NCBI RefSeq assembly: GCF_009914755.1
Contig: NC_060930.1
Reading direction: 5' to 3' (one strand)
Length of the DNA: 64,000 bases
Origin: the human T2T-CHM13v2.0 reference genome, Homo sapiens
Program-made: the position numbers and the translations under genes
Notes under the pieces: model-generated
Told to the model about the DNA's origin: nothing
Databases searched by the model: none
The model's input: only the letters and a program-made list of their open reading frames with translations
Shown here: positions 39,862 through 53,821 of the stretch, in pieces
How positions within the stretch are numbered: the first letter of the stretch is position 1
How the letters are laid out: each line of letters starts with the position of its first letter

Positions 39862-41089
39862 GTGGGCGGTAACTTCTAATTAACATCCCTAAAAGTATCA
39901 AACTCTTCAAAGTATATTTTTGGAATGGATAAATTAATGAATTACTATTCTCAGAAGCAATGGGACACGTGATTTTCTCTTCTAGATATAGGGTACATTG
40001 AGAATGGACTTTATCATGAACAGGAAACTACCAGGTCTCATTTCTATCCTACAGTCTTCATTTCACTGAAAATTACATGACCACTATCTCTATACTGTAA
40101 AACTACCCTAACTGGGGAGAGGCTACCTCACTATGAATTTTCCTTTTAAAAAGACTGGAGTTACTAGAGCTCACAGTTTAAAAAAAAAAAAAAAGATGAA
40201 CTGTTTTCTAAGATTAGGGATGCATGGGGTCATGATTCTACCAACACTTGGATATTGTTATCTTTCAAAATGATGGTGATTTTCCATATGTATTTGGATA
40301 AAACCATCAAATATATAGAACTCCTAGGTCCTTGACTTCTTTTACTCCATAGTATTGTTCCCTAACTTGCTCAGCCACTTTCTTCCAGAACATGCCATTA
40401 CCAATAACTAAGTCCTTTCCCTAATCTGTTAATCCTAACAAATTTTTCCTGGATCTCACCCACTTACAGTCTTTCTTCCCTCTTTATCCAGTTGCGATTA
40501 CAAAGTTCACCTCTATATGAACATCTTGCACACACCCTTAACTTCCTTTCCCTTCTATCCTGGTAATCCTGGTGATGTCCCAGTCTCCAATTTCCCTGTT
40601 TCTACAGAATCTTGTATGACTGATTCCACTGCTTATGCACAACCACTAAGCCCAGGTGGCTCCTCACCCTTGCTACATTTCTCTACTGTTACATTTTATC
40701 ATTAAAATCAAATTCACACATATCCATAAAGCGGCTATGCAAAATAAGATAATGTGTTTATATCCACCAAGAATTTCTTCTGAATTTGTTAAACTGTAAT
40801 CAAAATAACAGTGAATAAATAACTTTAATTAATCCTGTGTCAAGAAAGAGAGTAAAAACTACAATAACCACTTCTATATCGTTGTTTGTAGGACTTAAGT
40901 CCAATATAAAGTAGAATTTGGTCCCGGATCTAAAATCCTATAAAACCATTAAAACAACATATTCAGAATATTTCAATAATATTCTCTGCCATAGTCCTTG
41001 GTATTTCAGAGTCTGCCTCTAGAGTCCCACTACATTGTCTTGGTCAACTTTACTGCTCCCTGAAATGATATTATCTCAATTCCTCCCAT

Positions 41090-41410
41090 AGTTTCTTCCT
41101 TATTCTCACTTCCAACGGATGACATTAGTTCCTAATTGATGAAGAAAATGTGAGCAATCTAGACAAACTTCTCCAGGCTGTTTCCAGTACACTCCCCATA
41201 TACTCTGGTCCCATGTTACAGCCATCTGCTTTGCTTTGCTTCATGCTTATATGGACAAACAATCTATGCCTCTGTCCAAGACTGGAGTTCCCATTTGGGC
41301 ACCAGACTCCGTCTACCTATCCTTACCTACTTAAGGACATCAATGCAGAAATTCTCCTCTCCTGCATCATCTATTTTTCACTCTCCGTTGAATCATCTCC
41401 ATCAACATAA
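41090..41410 (+). mobile_element. L2 fragment
   Basis: GATGACATTAGTTCCTA..TGAAGAAAAT..AGCAATC and CCTACTTAAGGACATCA. Confidence 0.6.
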
Positions 41411-41600
41411 TAACAGTAACAGAAAGCATTTTTATACTGCTCACGATATTGCAGGCACTGCCGAACACAAATTTAATCCTTATAACAATTCACTGAGAAA
41501 TATAACTTTATTACCATTCACTTTTTATAGGTGAGAAATCCGGAGCACAAAGAAGGTAAAAATCTTGCCTAAGGAACAGAGATAATAGGTTATATAGAAT
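41411..41600 (-). mobile_element. MIR
   Basis: TTTAATCCTTATAACAA...TTTATAGGTGAGAAATCCGGAGCACAAAGAAGGTAAAAATCTTGCCTAAGG. Confidence 0.75.
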
Positions 41601-41699
41601 GCTATCTAACATTTGTCCTGCTACCAATACTAAAACTATATACTTCACATACCTCACTCAAGGGGAAAAAAAAGTATATCTCATGATAAAACGAGGGAG

Positions 41700-42790
41700 T
41701 CACCTTGATGGATTCTTGTCCTCACAATAATAAAATAGTGAATATTTTTCTTAAACCAGACTTCTTAACATAAACAATTTTATTGTTATTTTTTGATGTG
41801 TTGGTATTTGAAGACATGTCATATTGCTTATGAATATGAATATGATAAACATTTGAAAAAATGACCAGTTTTTAACTGTAAGCACGTGAATACACACTAA
41901 GTCATCATTAATTTTACATTTTGGCTGATTGCAGTCACTTATACCTGTAATCTCAGCACTTTGAGAGGCCGAGATAGAAGAATTGTTTGAGGCCAGGAGT
42001 TCGAGACCAACCTAGGCAACACAGCGAGATCTCGTTTCTACAGTTTTTTTTTTTTTTTTAATTAGCTGGGCCTGGTGGTGCGCCTCTGTAGTCCCATCTA
42101 CTTGGGAGGCTGAGGTGAAAGAATTGCTTGAGGCCAGCAGTTTAAGGCTTCAGTGAGCCAAGATCATGCCACTTGACTTCAGCCTGAGCAACAGAGTAAG
42201 ATCCTCTCAAAAAATGCAAATTTTACATTTTTCCTTTGCTGTGTTTTATATTTGACAACTCTTTCCTTCTGGAATGTGACTCCCTTGCTTTTTTTGCAAG
42301 TATTGTGCTTTTTTTCTGAATGAATTTGTCTCACAGTCTTCTTTGAAAGTCATCATTAAAGGTTCCATTAAGTTATAATTCATTTTGTATTCTGTCATCA
42401 AAGCCAGCAGAAACATGTAGTCCAGTGGCATACCTTGTCTGGACTTGGACAGGCGGAGTGCTCAGTTCAGTTTCACTTGACTCATCTGGCAAATCTCATA
42501 CATGGTGAGGAAGCTCTTCAGTCCTGTTCAGACACTCTTTTTATGGCCAAGTCTGTTTTTGGTAATAACAATGGTAAAATCCGATTTTGAATCACAAAGT
42601 TGACATGTAGTAGATGTCAGAATTTGTGTATCTTTCAGGTGGCAGCTGATAAAAAGGCTGGAATCTATTTTCTTATTAGTCTTTTTATAATTTGTGTATC
42701 TGTGTTTGTTTGAAGATTCTCATATTTTTTTACATATGAGAACCAAGCATTAAAATATTTTTGTTATTTTTCTAACTATTGCGGGAATCA
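41700..42790 (-). mobile_element. hAT-Tip100-type (Arthur/Zaphod-like) DNA transposon relic split by an AluJ
   Basis: The minus strand gives a degraded reading frame that includes WFKK/[frameshift]/YSLFYYCEDKN, resembling the TTF-type zinc-finger start of hAT transposases. Confidence 0.5.
41923..42218 (+). mobile_element. AluJ with a poly(T) central linker
   Basis: TSD AATTTTACATTTT (41910-41922 / 42219-42231). Confidence 0.92.
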
Positions 42791-43327
42791 TCTCTGGTTA
42801 TATGATTAGCATTTGTACCAATATCAATTTCACAATCAAAGCTTTTGAATGGAAGGAAATGAAATTTCTAACATGCACTGGTCAACTTTTGTTCACTGTT
42901 ATGCAAGACTTCCAATGATAGAATGATCCCAAATTAATATCTCTTCAGGACTCTTTAAATAAAATTAACAAAAAAAGATTATTACTATTTTTAGAGAATG
43001 AAAGAAAAAGTTTTAAAGCCTACACTGGTAAATTCATAAGAAAATCACAAAATTGCTTAGAATGTTGATAATGATGCTTCTCAAAAGACCTCATGGGCTT
43101 AATTTATGTCTTTGTGTCTAAAAATGATCAACAATCCTTAATAGATAGTAGCACCTCCTTTTCTACTCCTTTATTAAAAAACGGCTTTTCTAAATTGGAC
43201 AAGAATAAAACTTTACATATTCTAAGTATAAAATATATTTACAAGATGAATCTATACCTCTTGTCTAAATACCAGGTGAATTAGTAAACCAAATTATTAG
43301 ATCTCTGAAAATAATGAAGTAGTACTA

Positions 43328-44280
43328 CTACTTCTGGCTACGGTAGAGTAACTGGGATCAAAAGTATCCTCTTGTTATTAAAAATAACTAAAAACTACAT
43401 AAAATTATTAAAACAACTCTTCTCACTAATGACAAAAGGACAAAGAATTGTGGCCTCTGACAGAAGTGATACAAATGAAGTGAGCACTACAATTGCCCTG
43501 ACTTTCAGCTTAAATGGCCTAAATGCACTTTCTGAATTACGGTAAAGAGCGTAGGATCTAAGGCAGCCAGGGTACAACAGTCTTTCTAAGTTGAAGAAAC
43601 AAAAACCAGAGGACAAGGAGTCAGCCACAGCAGTCATTTGTGAGGCAGACTACCAAGGAAGAAGGAGCTACAGCGAGTAAAGACTCTAGAAATTTGCATA
43701 GTGACTCCTCTATAGAAATCAAAATACTGGAACTTACGATGGCCAAATATTTTACAAATTTGATGAGAAATAGAAACATACCTTTATTCGTTTGCTAGAG
43801 CTGCTGTAACAAAATACTACAAATGGAGTGGCTCAGAACAACAGAAATTTAGTATCTAATAGTCTGGAGGCAAGAATTCAGAGATCAAGGTATTGGTGAA
43901 GTTGATTCCATTGAGGCTATGGGAGAAAATCTTTTTTATACCTGCCTCCTAACTTGGGGTATTTCTTGGCATTTCTTAGCTTCTGTTGTATCACTCCAAT
44001 CTCTGCCTTTAATGTCACATGGCATTCTCCCTCTGTGTATACGTATTCAAATTTCCCCTTTTTATAAAGACATCAATCCAAGAAGCTCAGTTCATATTTG
44101 AAATAGATACCAGAAAACCCACACCAAGAAACATCATAATCAAATTGCTAAAAACAGTAATTTATTTTAATCATGCAGAGTAAAGGGAACATTAAATAAA
44201 CAGGAAAGAATAACTGAATAATTCTTATCTCAATCTATGAAAGCCAGAAGATGCTGAGATGACATTTTTAAAGTTCTTTT
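43328..44280 (+). mobile_element. L1MC-type 5' UTR/ORF1 relic, interrupted by MLT1C
   Basis: TACTTCTGGCTACGGTAGAGTAACTGGGA (5' end) and the ORF1 motif CACACCAAGAAACATCATAATCAAATTGCT. Confidence 0.6.
43783..44077 (-). mobile_element. MLT1C LTR, truncated
   Basis: TTTGCTAGAGCTGCTGTAACAAAATACTACAAA...ATCACTCCAATCTCTGCCT...CAAATTTCCCCTTTTTATAA. Confidence 0.8.
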
Positions 44281-45089
44281 TTTCTCTTTTCCTATCTTTC
44301 CTGAATAATTCAGTATTTTTCTTCTCTTCCTTATTCTCTTGTCTTTCCTTTCTCTTTTCTTCCAGAAATATTTAATCCTAAAGTCATGTTTTTCGGAGAA
44401 GATAAAGACAATTTGGACATAATGGTAGCCTGATGTGATATGCAGAAACCTAATGCGGTTTGTATGGAGGTTATCCACACAGTGTGAATAGAAAATCTAT
44501 TTGGGGACATGGCCTGGCACAGGGTGTTGGGTCCAAGTGGGGTGGGGAAGGCATCTATGCTTCCTAGCCCAGCATGGGAAGTCAAAGTCTACAGTAAGGA
44601 GTCAATAAACAAACAAAATCTAGAACAGAAATAAATACATAAGCAAACCAGACCTTGGCTTCTACATGTCATTTTTCTTTTACAAAAACCTTGGTTCTTT
44701 GGAGAAATGACTGAATCCAGGGATAGAGGTGGGAAATACAAGATGTGCCTGGTTCTTCTTGTCATGCAAGAAAGCAAAGAAATATTCATAAAATAAAACA
44801 ATAGGGATGTCAGAAGGACAGAAAAGCCAACTTGAATTACTCTGGCTAAATCTGGGACAAATATAAATAATAACACATTAAATTTTTCTTAAAGTCTATA
44901 AATGTATGATTAAATTAGCAAAGATTAGTAATGAACAGAGGAGCTGCCTAGTTTCAAAATTACTTATTAATAACAAATGGAAATAGAATAAATTTACAGT
45001 TGGGGAAGATGAGCACCACTTAAATCAAGTGATTACAATAAACATTATCAAAAATTGGACAAAGCAAAGTGGTTCTACCCATTGGATGT

Positions 45090-45822
45090 TGTCTTCCTCC
45101 ATTTTGTGTTGCTATATAACAAAGTATCCAAGATTGGGTAATTTATAAAGAAAAAAGTTTACAGTCATGCTTAACAATGGAGACACATTCTGAGAAATTA
45201 TTAAGTGATTTTGACACTGTGTGAGCTTAAAGAGTGTATTTACACACAACTAGATGGTATAGCCTACTACACACCTAGGCTATATGGCATATAGCCTATT
45301 GTCCCTAGGCTAGAAACCTGTAGAGCATGTTACTGTATTGAATACTGTAAGCACCTTTAACACAATAATAAATGTGTATCTAAACATTTCTAAACATAGA
45401 AAAGGTACAGTAAAAATATGATGTTGAATCTTGTGAGACCACTCTCATATATAATGTCTATTGTTGGCTGAAAGCTCCTTATGCAACACATGACTGTATT
45501 TGGCTCATGATTCTGGAGGCTGGGAAGTCCAAGATCAGGCAGCTCATTTGGTGAGAGTTTTGTGCCACTTCAACTCATGGTGGAAAATGAAAGGGGAAGT
45601 GGATGTGTGCAAACAGACCAAATGTGAGAGGAAACTACCCACTCTCAAAGCAATTAATTCAGTCCCACATAAGAAATAACTTACTCCTCTGAACCAGCAT
45701 CCATCTATTCACGAAGGATCTCCCTCAGGACCCAAATACCTCCCATCAAGCTCTACTTCCCAAAACTGTCACCCTGAGAATCAAATTTCAATATGAGTTT
45801 TGATGGGATCCAAACCACAGCA
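45090..45822 (-). mobile_element. MSTB-like solo LTR split by Tigger3a
   Basis: TGTCTTCCTCCATTTTGTGTTGCTAT...TTTGGCTCATGATTCTGGAGGCTGGGAAGTCCAAGATC...CAAACCACAGCA, with TSD GATGT/GATGC. Confidence 0.82.
45162..45496 (+). mobile_element. Tigger3a (MER7A/GOLEM) MITE
   Basis: TIRs CAGTCATG...CATGACTG, a TA TSD, and the core CTAGATGGTATAGCCTACTACACACCTAGGC. Confidence 0.9.
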
Positions 45823-46520
45823 GATGCAATGAGGACACAGCATCATTTCTTTTATATCCCTACCACAGATGGACAAACTGAATCTAATCCCAAGGAAACA
45901 TCAGACAAACTAAAATTGACAATACTTTAAAAAATAACTCGCCTATAGTTTCCATAATAATCAAAGGCATAAAAGTCAAAGGCTGAAAAACTGACTCAGA
46001 TTGAAAGAGACTAAGGAAATTTGACAACTAAATGAAGGGCTTGAATCTGAATTAGATCTTTCTGCTAAAAAGAACTTTATTGGGAAAATGCTGAAACTTG
46101 AATGGGGCATAATAGGTGGTAGAAACGTATCAGTGTTATTTTACCTGTCACAGTATTGTGGTTATGCAGGGAATGTTCCTGTTTTTAGGAAATACATTCA
46201 AAGTTTTTAAATCTATTATAATATCAGATTGGCAGGCTCCTTTCTAATGGTTGAGGAAACAAACCTTGTTCTTTTCTTGAAGCTTTTTCATAAGTTTTAG
46301 ATTGAATTATAAAGTATTGCAATAAAAGTTTACATTCCACAGGGTTACACAGAGCTTTATTTTAAAAAAAATCATATATTAAAAATAAATCCTAAAAGTT
46401 AAAGCCAGGTGTATTGGGAGAGTGTATTTGTAAAACTTGTTGAAAGCCAATTCCACATAGGTACAACTTTTTTAATAAATCAGGCAAATGCTCTCTATTA
46501 CACATAAGAATTTAAAAATC

Positions 46521-46826
46521 GGTTGGGTGCAGTGGCTCACGCCTTTAATCCCAGCACTTTCGGAGGCCAAGGCAGGTGGATCACAAGTTCAGGATTTCAA
46601 GGCCAGCCTGGCCAAGATGGTGAAACCTTGTCTCTACTAAAAATACAAAAATTAGCCGGGGCTGGTGGCGGGCACCTGTAATCCCAGCTACTCAGGAGGC
46701 TGAGGCAGGGAATTGCTTGAACCCAAGAGGCAGAGGTTGCAGAGAGCCAAGATCTCACCACTGCACTCCAACCTGGGCAACAGAGCGAGACTACATCTCA
46801 AAAATAATAATAATAATAATAATAAT
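46521..46826 (+). mobile_element. AluSg-like with an (AAT)n tail
   Basis: TSD AATTTAAAAATC (46509-46520 / 46827-46838). Confidence 0.94.
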
Positions 46827-48106
46827 AATTTAAAAATCATATTATAGCCTTATAAAGATCTTGTAGGGACAGAGATATAAATAGGATTACATATTTAATG
46901 GTGAATTTGGTTAATACAGCTCTCAGTAACACTGTATCAACATGACCTCAGAAGGCTCTATGAGAATCTTGTGAACAATTAGTGATCACGCATTTGCATG
47001 TCGAAAATAGCCAAAATATTTGCCTCACAGCAAATAAACCTACTAAGAAAATAGATTTATTTCAACTAAAGTGTCTTCCAAGAATATCAAGATAGGCTAT
47101 CTTTAAGATAAAAATATATTTATAGCCATGCTTTCTCAATTTAATCTTGAGTTGTGTAAATCTGGTGCAAATAATGTTGATCTTTGATTTTAGTATAAGT
47201 AGAAAAATGGAACACAAGAAAGACTTCTTTCAAAAGATTCATAGTTTCTAAAATTAAAAGACAAACATTAATAAACAAAGCCAACTGTCTGAGATGCATA
47301 TATTGTTAGTTGAAACATATCTAACCAGCAAAAATATTTTCTTGATCTATATACATAAGCAAGAATTACTAGCACAGCTAAAAACCGCCATTCCCTGGGG
47401 ATAACATACACTTACCATGTTACAAAGGCAATTAAATGAGTTAGCTTTTCTGTTTTAATCCAAAAGTGCCCCAAGACTATTTATTTATAAACTAAGTAGT
47501 GGCATACCAAGGGTTCCTTTGTGTCTGTGAGGTAATGAATGTGAGATCTAAATCCAGTCTGTTGAATTTCAGACTTATGAAATTGTTATTATTAAATAAA
47601 GAATGTGATTTTTCAAAACTCTCAAATATTTTCTCCAAAATCATTCCATCAAAAATATTTTCTTAAGGAAAAGTCCTAAGAAAGATATTTCTGTACAAAT
47701 ATTTCCAAAACAGAACTTTCTAGTCTGAATTTTCCCTCCAACTTCTACATGTGTAACATTTTCCTACTATTAAAATTGTGTAAGTATTTGAGGTAAAATA
47801 AATATTCTAAACAGCTCATACTAAAGGTGAATTGTATTTTGTTTAACTAATGAGAGGAAGGAGTATTAACCAATATCTGGAGGAGCTACTAGTGCAAAAG
47901 TAACCAAAAAAGCTCAAACATTACCAAAATAAGCATAGAAGTAATCAACCTCCAAATTGTATGTTTATTGATCAACGACTATTAAAATATATAGCCCCAT
48001 CTTTATCATTCATATCCAATCAAGTGCCATGTTTTAATTTCTTTCCAGAAATATTACAATATTATGTGCATAATTATCCACATTCACCATTTTTAACGCT
48101 TTTAGT

Positions 48107-50235
48107 AAAATAATAAGAGCTATTTGGGACAAACCTGCAGTCCATATCATATTAAATGGGCAAAAGCTGGAAGAATTCCTTTTGAAAATTGATACAATAC
48201 AAGGATGCCCTCTCTCACCACTCCTATTCAACATAGTATTGGAAGTTCTGGCCAGGGCAATCAAGCAAAAGAAAGAAATAAAGGTATTCAGATAGGAAAA
48301 GAGAAAGTCAAATTGCCTCTGTTTGCAAAAGACATGATTGTATATTTAGAAAACCCCATCATCTCAGCCCCAAACCACCTTAAATTGATAAACAACTTCA
48401 GCAAAGTCTCAGGAAAGAAAATCGATGTGAAAAAATCACAAGCATTCCTTTACACCAACAATAGAAAAGCAGAGAGCCAAATCATGAGTGAACTCCCATT
48501 CATGATCACTACAAAGAGAATAAAATACCTAGGAATAGAGCTAACAAGAAACGTGAAGGACCTCTTCAAGGAGAACTACAAACTACTGCTCAAGGAAATA
48601 AGAGAGGATGCAAACAAATGGAAAAACATTCTATCCTCATGGATAGAAAGAATCAATATTGTGAAAATGTCCATACTGCCCAAAGTAATATATAGATTCA
48701 ATGCTATTCCCATCAAACTACCATTGACATTCCTCACAGAATTAGAAAAAAACAATTTTAAATTTCATATGGAATTAAAGAAGACCATGTATAGCCAAGA
48801 CAATCCTAAGCAAAAAGAACAAAGTTGAAGGCATCATGCTACCTGACTTCAAAGTATACTACAAGGCTACAGTATCCTAAACAGCATGGTACTCATACCA
48901 AAATAGACATATAGACCAATGGAGCAGAACAGAGACCTCAGAAATAACACCACACATCTACAACCATCTGATCTTCAACAAACCTGACAAAAATAAGCAA
49001 TGGGGAAAGAATTTCCTATTCAGTAAATGGTGCTGGGAAAACTGGCTAGCCATATGCAGAAAACTGTAACTGGACCCCTTCCTTATACCTTATACAAAAA
49101 TTAACCAAGAGGAATTAAAGACTTAAATGTAAAACCGAAAACCATTAAAACCCTAGAAGAAAACCTAGGCAATAGCATTCAGGACATAGGCATGGGCAAA
49201 GATCTCATGACAAAAATGTCAAAAGCAATTGTGACAAAAGCCAAAACTGACAAATGAGATCTAATTAATTCTGCACAGCAAAAGAAACTGTTATCAGAGT
49301 GAACAGGCAACCTACAGAAAGGAGAAATTTTTTGCAATCTACCCATTTGACAAAGGTCTAACATCCAGAATTTACAAGGAACTTAAATAAATCTACAAGA
49401 AAAAAACAACCCCATTGAAAAGTGGACAAAAGATATGAATGGACACTTCTCAAAAGAAGACATTTATGCAACCAAAAGACATATGAAAAAAAGCTCAACA
49501 TCGCTGATCATCAGAGAAATGCAAATCAAAACGACAATGAGATACCATCTCACACCAGTTAGAATGGCGATCATTAAAAAGTCAGGAAACAATAGATGCT
49601 GGCAAGGTTGTGGAGAAATAGGAACGCTTTTACGCTGTTGGTGGAAGTGTAAATTAGTTCAGCCATTGTGGAAGACAGTATGGCAATTCCCCAAGGATCT
49701 AGAAGGAAATACCATTTGACCCAGCAATCCTATTATTGGGTATCTACCCAAAGGAATATAAGTCATTCTACTATAAAGACACATGCACCTGTATGTTTAT
49801 TGCAGCACTATTTACAATAGCAAAGACATGGAACCAACCCAAATGCCCATCAATGAGAGACTGGATAAAGAAAATGTGGTATATATACACACCATGGAAT
49901 ACTATGCAGCCATAAAAAAGAATGAGATCATGTCCTTTACAGGGACATGGATGAAGCTGGAAGCCATCATCCTCAGCAAACTAACACAGGCAACAGAAAA
50001 CCAAATATTGCCATGTTCTCACCCATAAATGAGATTTGAGAAATGAGAACACATGGACACAGAGAGGGGAATAACAAACACCAGGGCCTGTTGGGGGATG
50101 GAGGGTGAGGGGAGTGAACTTAGAGGATGGGTCAGTAGATGCACCAAACCACCATGGAACGTGTATAGCTATGTAACAAAGCTGCACATTCTGCACATGT
50201 ATCACATTTTTTTTAGAATAAATTTTTCTAAAAAG
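48107..50235 (+). mobile_element. L1PA12-like, 5'-truncated
   Basis: ORF2 RT-to-C-terminus relic, and a 3' UTR GAACTTAGAGGATGGGTCAGTAGATGC...TTTTTTTTAGAA. Confidence 0.9.
48205..48828 (+). pseudogene. Dead L1 ORF2 reverse-transcriptase fragment
   Basis: [26 protein letters not shown]: the catalytic FADD motif is mutated to FAKD, and the frame is broken on both sides. Confidence 0.88.
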
Positions 50236-50294
50236 TCAAAGGAAGAAATGAGCAGTGTCCTTCTTCCCATTCAAGAGTAATGTCTGTCTCTAAG

Positions 50295-50880
50295 CTTGTT
50301 CACTTACTCCACCTGACATTTACAATGAGCCTATCATGGGCCAGCTACTGTGCTGGAGGCAATAGAGAACAGGACCCAACATCCCTGGGCTTGCTGACCA
50401 TCAGGGAGGAGAAGACACATTAAATTAACTGTGAAGCAGATTAGGAAAGGGAAAGTAAGCAGCTCTGGACACAGAGCAGGGAACACTAACTGTGTTTCCT
50501 GTAAAAGTACTCACCAGGGAACTGATGTTAAAACTGAGACCTGAAGGAAGAGTAGGATTTAGTAAGATAAATAGAGAGAGAGAGACCAGAGATCCAGGCA
50601 GATGAAAGAGGATGTTCAAAGACATGGAATCAAGAAAAACAGAATGGGCCATTTGAAGACCTGCAATAACTTTAGTACCCTGGAGCCACTGAAGGGAGAG
50701 TGGTGGCCAGGCTGCTTCATACTGGTTAAGGATGAGGCTAGAAACGCAAGTACCACACAGATGATTCAGGGCTTACATTTAAAGTCAACTTTTTGAGACT
50801 GGAGTAGTTTTTTTAGAGTTATGGGAAGTCATTTAAGTTTCATTCAGGAAGTGACCCTTGGTGATGACTCACACTTTTAA
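50295..50880 (-). mobile_element. L2 fragment
   Basis: GCCAGCTACTGTGCTGGAGGC and AACTGAGACCTGAAGGAAGAGTAGGA. Confidence 0.7.
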
Positions 50881-50927
50881 AATGTCATATGTCCAGGAAT
50901 TGTTTATTGAATGCTAAACAGACCTAA

Positions 50928-51356
<429 letters not shown>

Positions 51357-51393
51357 GGTGATCTCTGTTTCTTTGATTCAGTGAGGCCTCTTG

Positions 51394-51730
51394 TGAGACA
51401 GCCAGATGGGAGGGGCTCCCAGGCAAAACTGCAACCTGCCTGTGTACTGGAGTGGAGACACAGAAGATCATGCCCTTTGTACCAGGGGAGGAGCCTGACC
51501 CCTCCTCTTCTTGTGTGGAACCTGGGATTCAAACAGCAAGGCAAGAAGTGCACAAGCAGGGACTCTGGCCTTGAGGAGAGTCCTTTTCCCTGCCCTGCCT
51601 TTTTTTTTTTTCCTTTCACCCAATAAAAACCCTGCTTTACTCACCCTTCAAGCTGTCTGCGAGCCTAAACTTTCATGACCATGGGACAAGAACCCTGTCT
51701 TCAGTTGAACTAAGGAAAAGTCCTGCAACG
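51394..51730 (+). mobile_element. MER61-family solo LTR (MER61A-like)
   Basis: TGAGACAGCCAGATGGGAGGGG...GAACTAAGGAAAAGTCCTGCAAC, with TSD CTTG/CTTA. Confidence 0.88.
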
Positions 51731-51734
51731 CTTA

Positions 51735-51940
51735 CTCTGTTCAGAATTTCCTCCCTGCATCCCCACTGGGAAAGTGCCTCCAAGTTCTCCGTGCTTCCCT
51801 GCTCTTAGGGATCACAGTCCTGACCTGCTGGTTGTCCGATGTCTAAAAATGGTTGCCACATATATTCTGTAGTTTTCTACTTGTTCATAGTGGAATAGTA
51901 AGTCTGGTTCCAGTTACTCCATTGTGGCAGGGAACAGTCT
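51735..51940 (-). mobile_element. L1MC-type 5' end relic
   Basis: The reverse complement GCCACAATGGAGTAACTGGAACCAGACTTAC is the same family as the 43328 element. Confidence 0.6.
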
Positions 51941-52169
51941 CTGTCTGCTGTTTCTACTTAGATGATATGTGTATTTTGGAGGTTTCAGGGGAGCCATACT
52001 CTCTCTCCCCAACTCACTCCTCTGAACCACCAATGGAAGCAACTAGCTCAAAACTGTCTAATAATTTTAGAGGTTTCACCAAAAAAAGCAAATTTATATT
52101 AATTGTATTCAGTTTACTGTTGCAGAGAAATGCATGCTATTTTAAACAATAATAAAAGCAACTACATTA

Positions 52170-52365
52170 TGATCTATTATTATTTATTGCGTGCCAAGTT
52201 TTGTGACATTGCGCTTCATACTTTTTTAACTTAATTTCTTACAAAATCCTTATAAGAGAGGGCACGGCATACTTGATTTTACTCATGAGGAAATCCACAC
52301 AGTGGTTCTCCCAAAGTCAAATGAGCAGTAAGTGATAACAAACTTTGAACTTGTCTGTCTACCTC
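52170..52365 (-). mobile_element. MIR
   Basis: ATTTTACTCATGAGGAAA...CCCAAAGTCA...AGTAAGTG. Confidence 0.55.
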
Positions 52366-53513
52366 TTTTCATTATCTTCTAATTTACTATAGGCATGTCT
52401 CCTAACAAAATTACCTTTCAGGAAAATTTAGTCCTCTGAAAAACATTTCTCTGGGTGACAGTATCTCACTATACTTTTTAAAATCAAGGCAGTCTTGTTC
52501 ATATTTACGTATTTTCTTCTAATACATTCAGAATGTTTAAGAGGATCCTAAGAACAAAACTAAACTGAGAATCAATAATGTTTGACTTAAACTACATTCT
52601 CAGTTCCAACTAAAGGTTGGACCAATTGGAGCTGCTATTAAGGTTATGTCACATTCTAAATCTAAATTTACAACTGTTTCTAAGAACGGAGAAGAGTCTA
52701 GCATTTTATGTAGAAACATGCTGTGTTGAGAATGCTTACTGTTAAGACTATTTTTTAAATGGAAGAAATCTAATTTTCAGAAAGAGATGAGCTGATTGGA
52801 ACAAAAAATGCTCAGTAGCAACATTTTTAAAAATAGTTGTTTCAGATTAGTTCCATAATTAATGAAACAGCAAATTGATATGGTATTGGAGAATATGCAA
52901 TTGAAAATTATTCATTAGTCAGTATTACCGCTTACTTCTCAAAACCTCTGAAAAGTTTATAGCCAATAAAAGATTCATTGACTAAACTAGAAATAGAAAA
53001 CTTCTACTGCAGATACTATGGTTTCTATGGGACCTACCAGACAATAGTGTTGTACTTCCCACAACTAATGTTGTGATTATTTTCGTTTTTTCTTTTTCTG
53101 GTTTTTAAGTCTCATTTCTCTTTTTGATATCTACCAGTCTATTTTTTCTTTTCCAATTTCCTTTTTTTTTTCTATTACTTGATTTTAGAGAGAGAGGAAA
53201 AAATTAGGGAACACAAAGGGAAGATTAAATTATAACCACTACCATTCTTGGCTTCATAAACAGTTCATTAGAGTGGATTTATGTGAAAACTCTTTTGTTC
53301 TCCTGGAGCTGAGGCTGGTTGATGTATAGGTAAGTGATATTAAAAATTTACATCAATATTTAAATTAATACCCAATTCAAACTGTAAATTATATTTTTAG
53401 TTCAACCATAGGAAAATATGAGTCACTCTAACATTACTCAGTTTGGGAAGGAGAAATCTTCCCTGAGTTTATCAGTAACAGAAAGAACCCAGGTAGAACG
53501 GCTAGCCATTTCT

Positions 53514-53821
<308 letters not shown>

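Larger units (their letters stand above)
44590..46330 (+). mobile_element. L1MC4-like 3' region hosting MSTB and Tigger3a
   Basis: TTCTTTGGAGAAATGACTGAATCCAGGG and TGAATCTAATCCCAAGGAAACATCAGACAAAC. Confidence 0.75.

Noticed and set aside
48205-48828. 207-aa ORF as a functional reverse transcriptase
   Set aside because: It is a 5'-truncated L1 ORF2 relic. The catalytic FADD is mutated to FAKD and the frame is broken on both sides.
51394-51730. p53 response element in the MER61 LTR
   Set aside because: Only a degenerate half-site (GATCATGCCC) is visible, with no paired RRRCWWGYYY.
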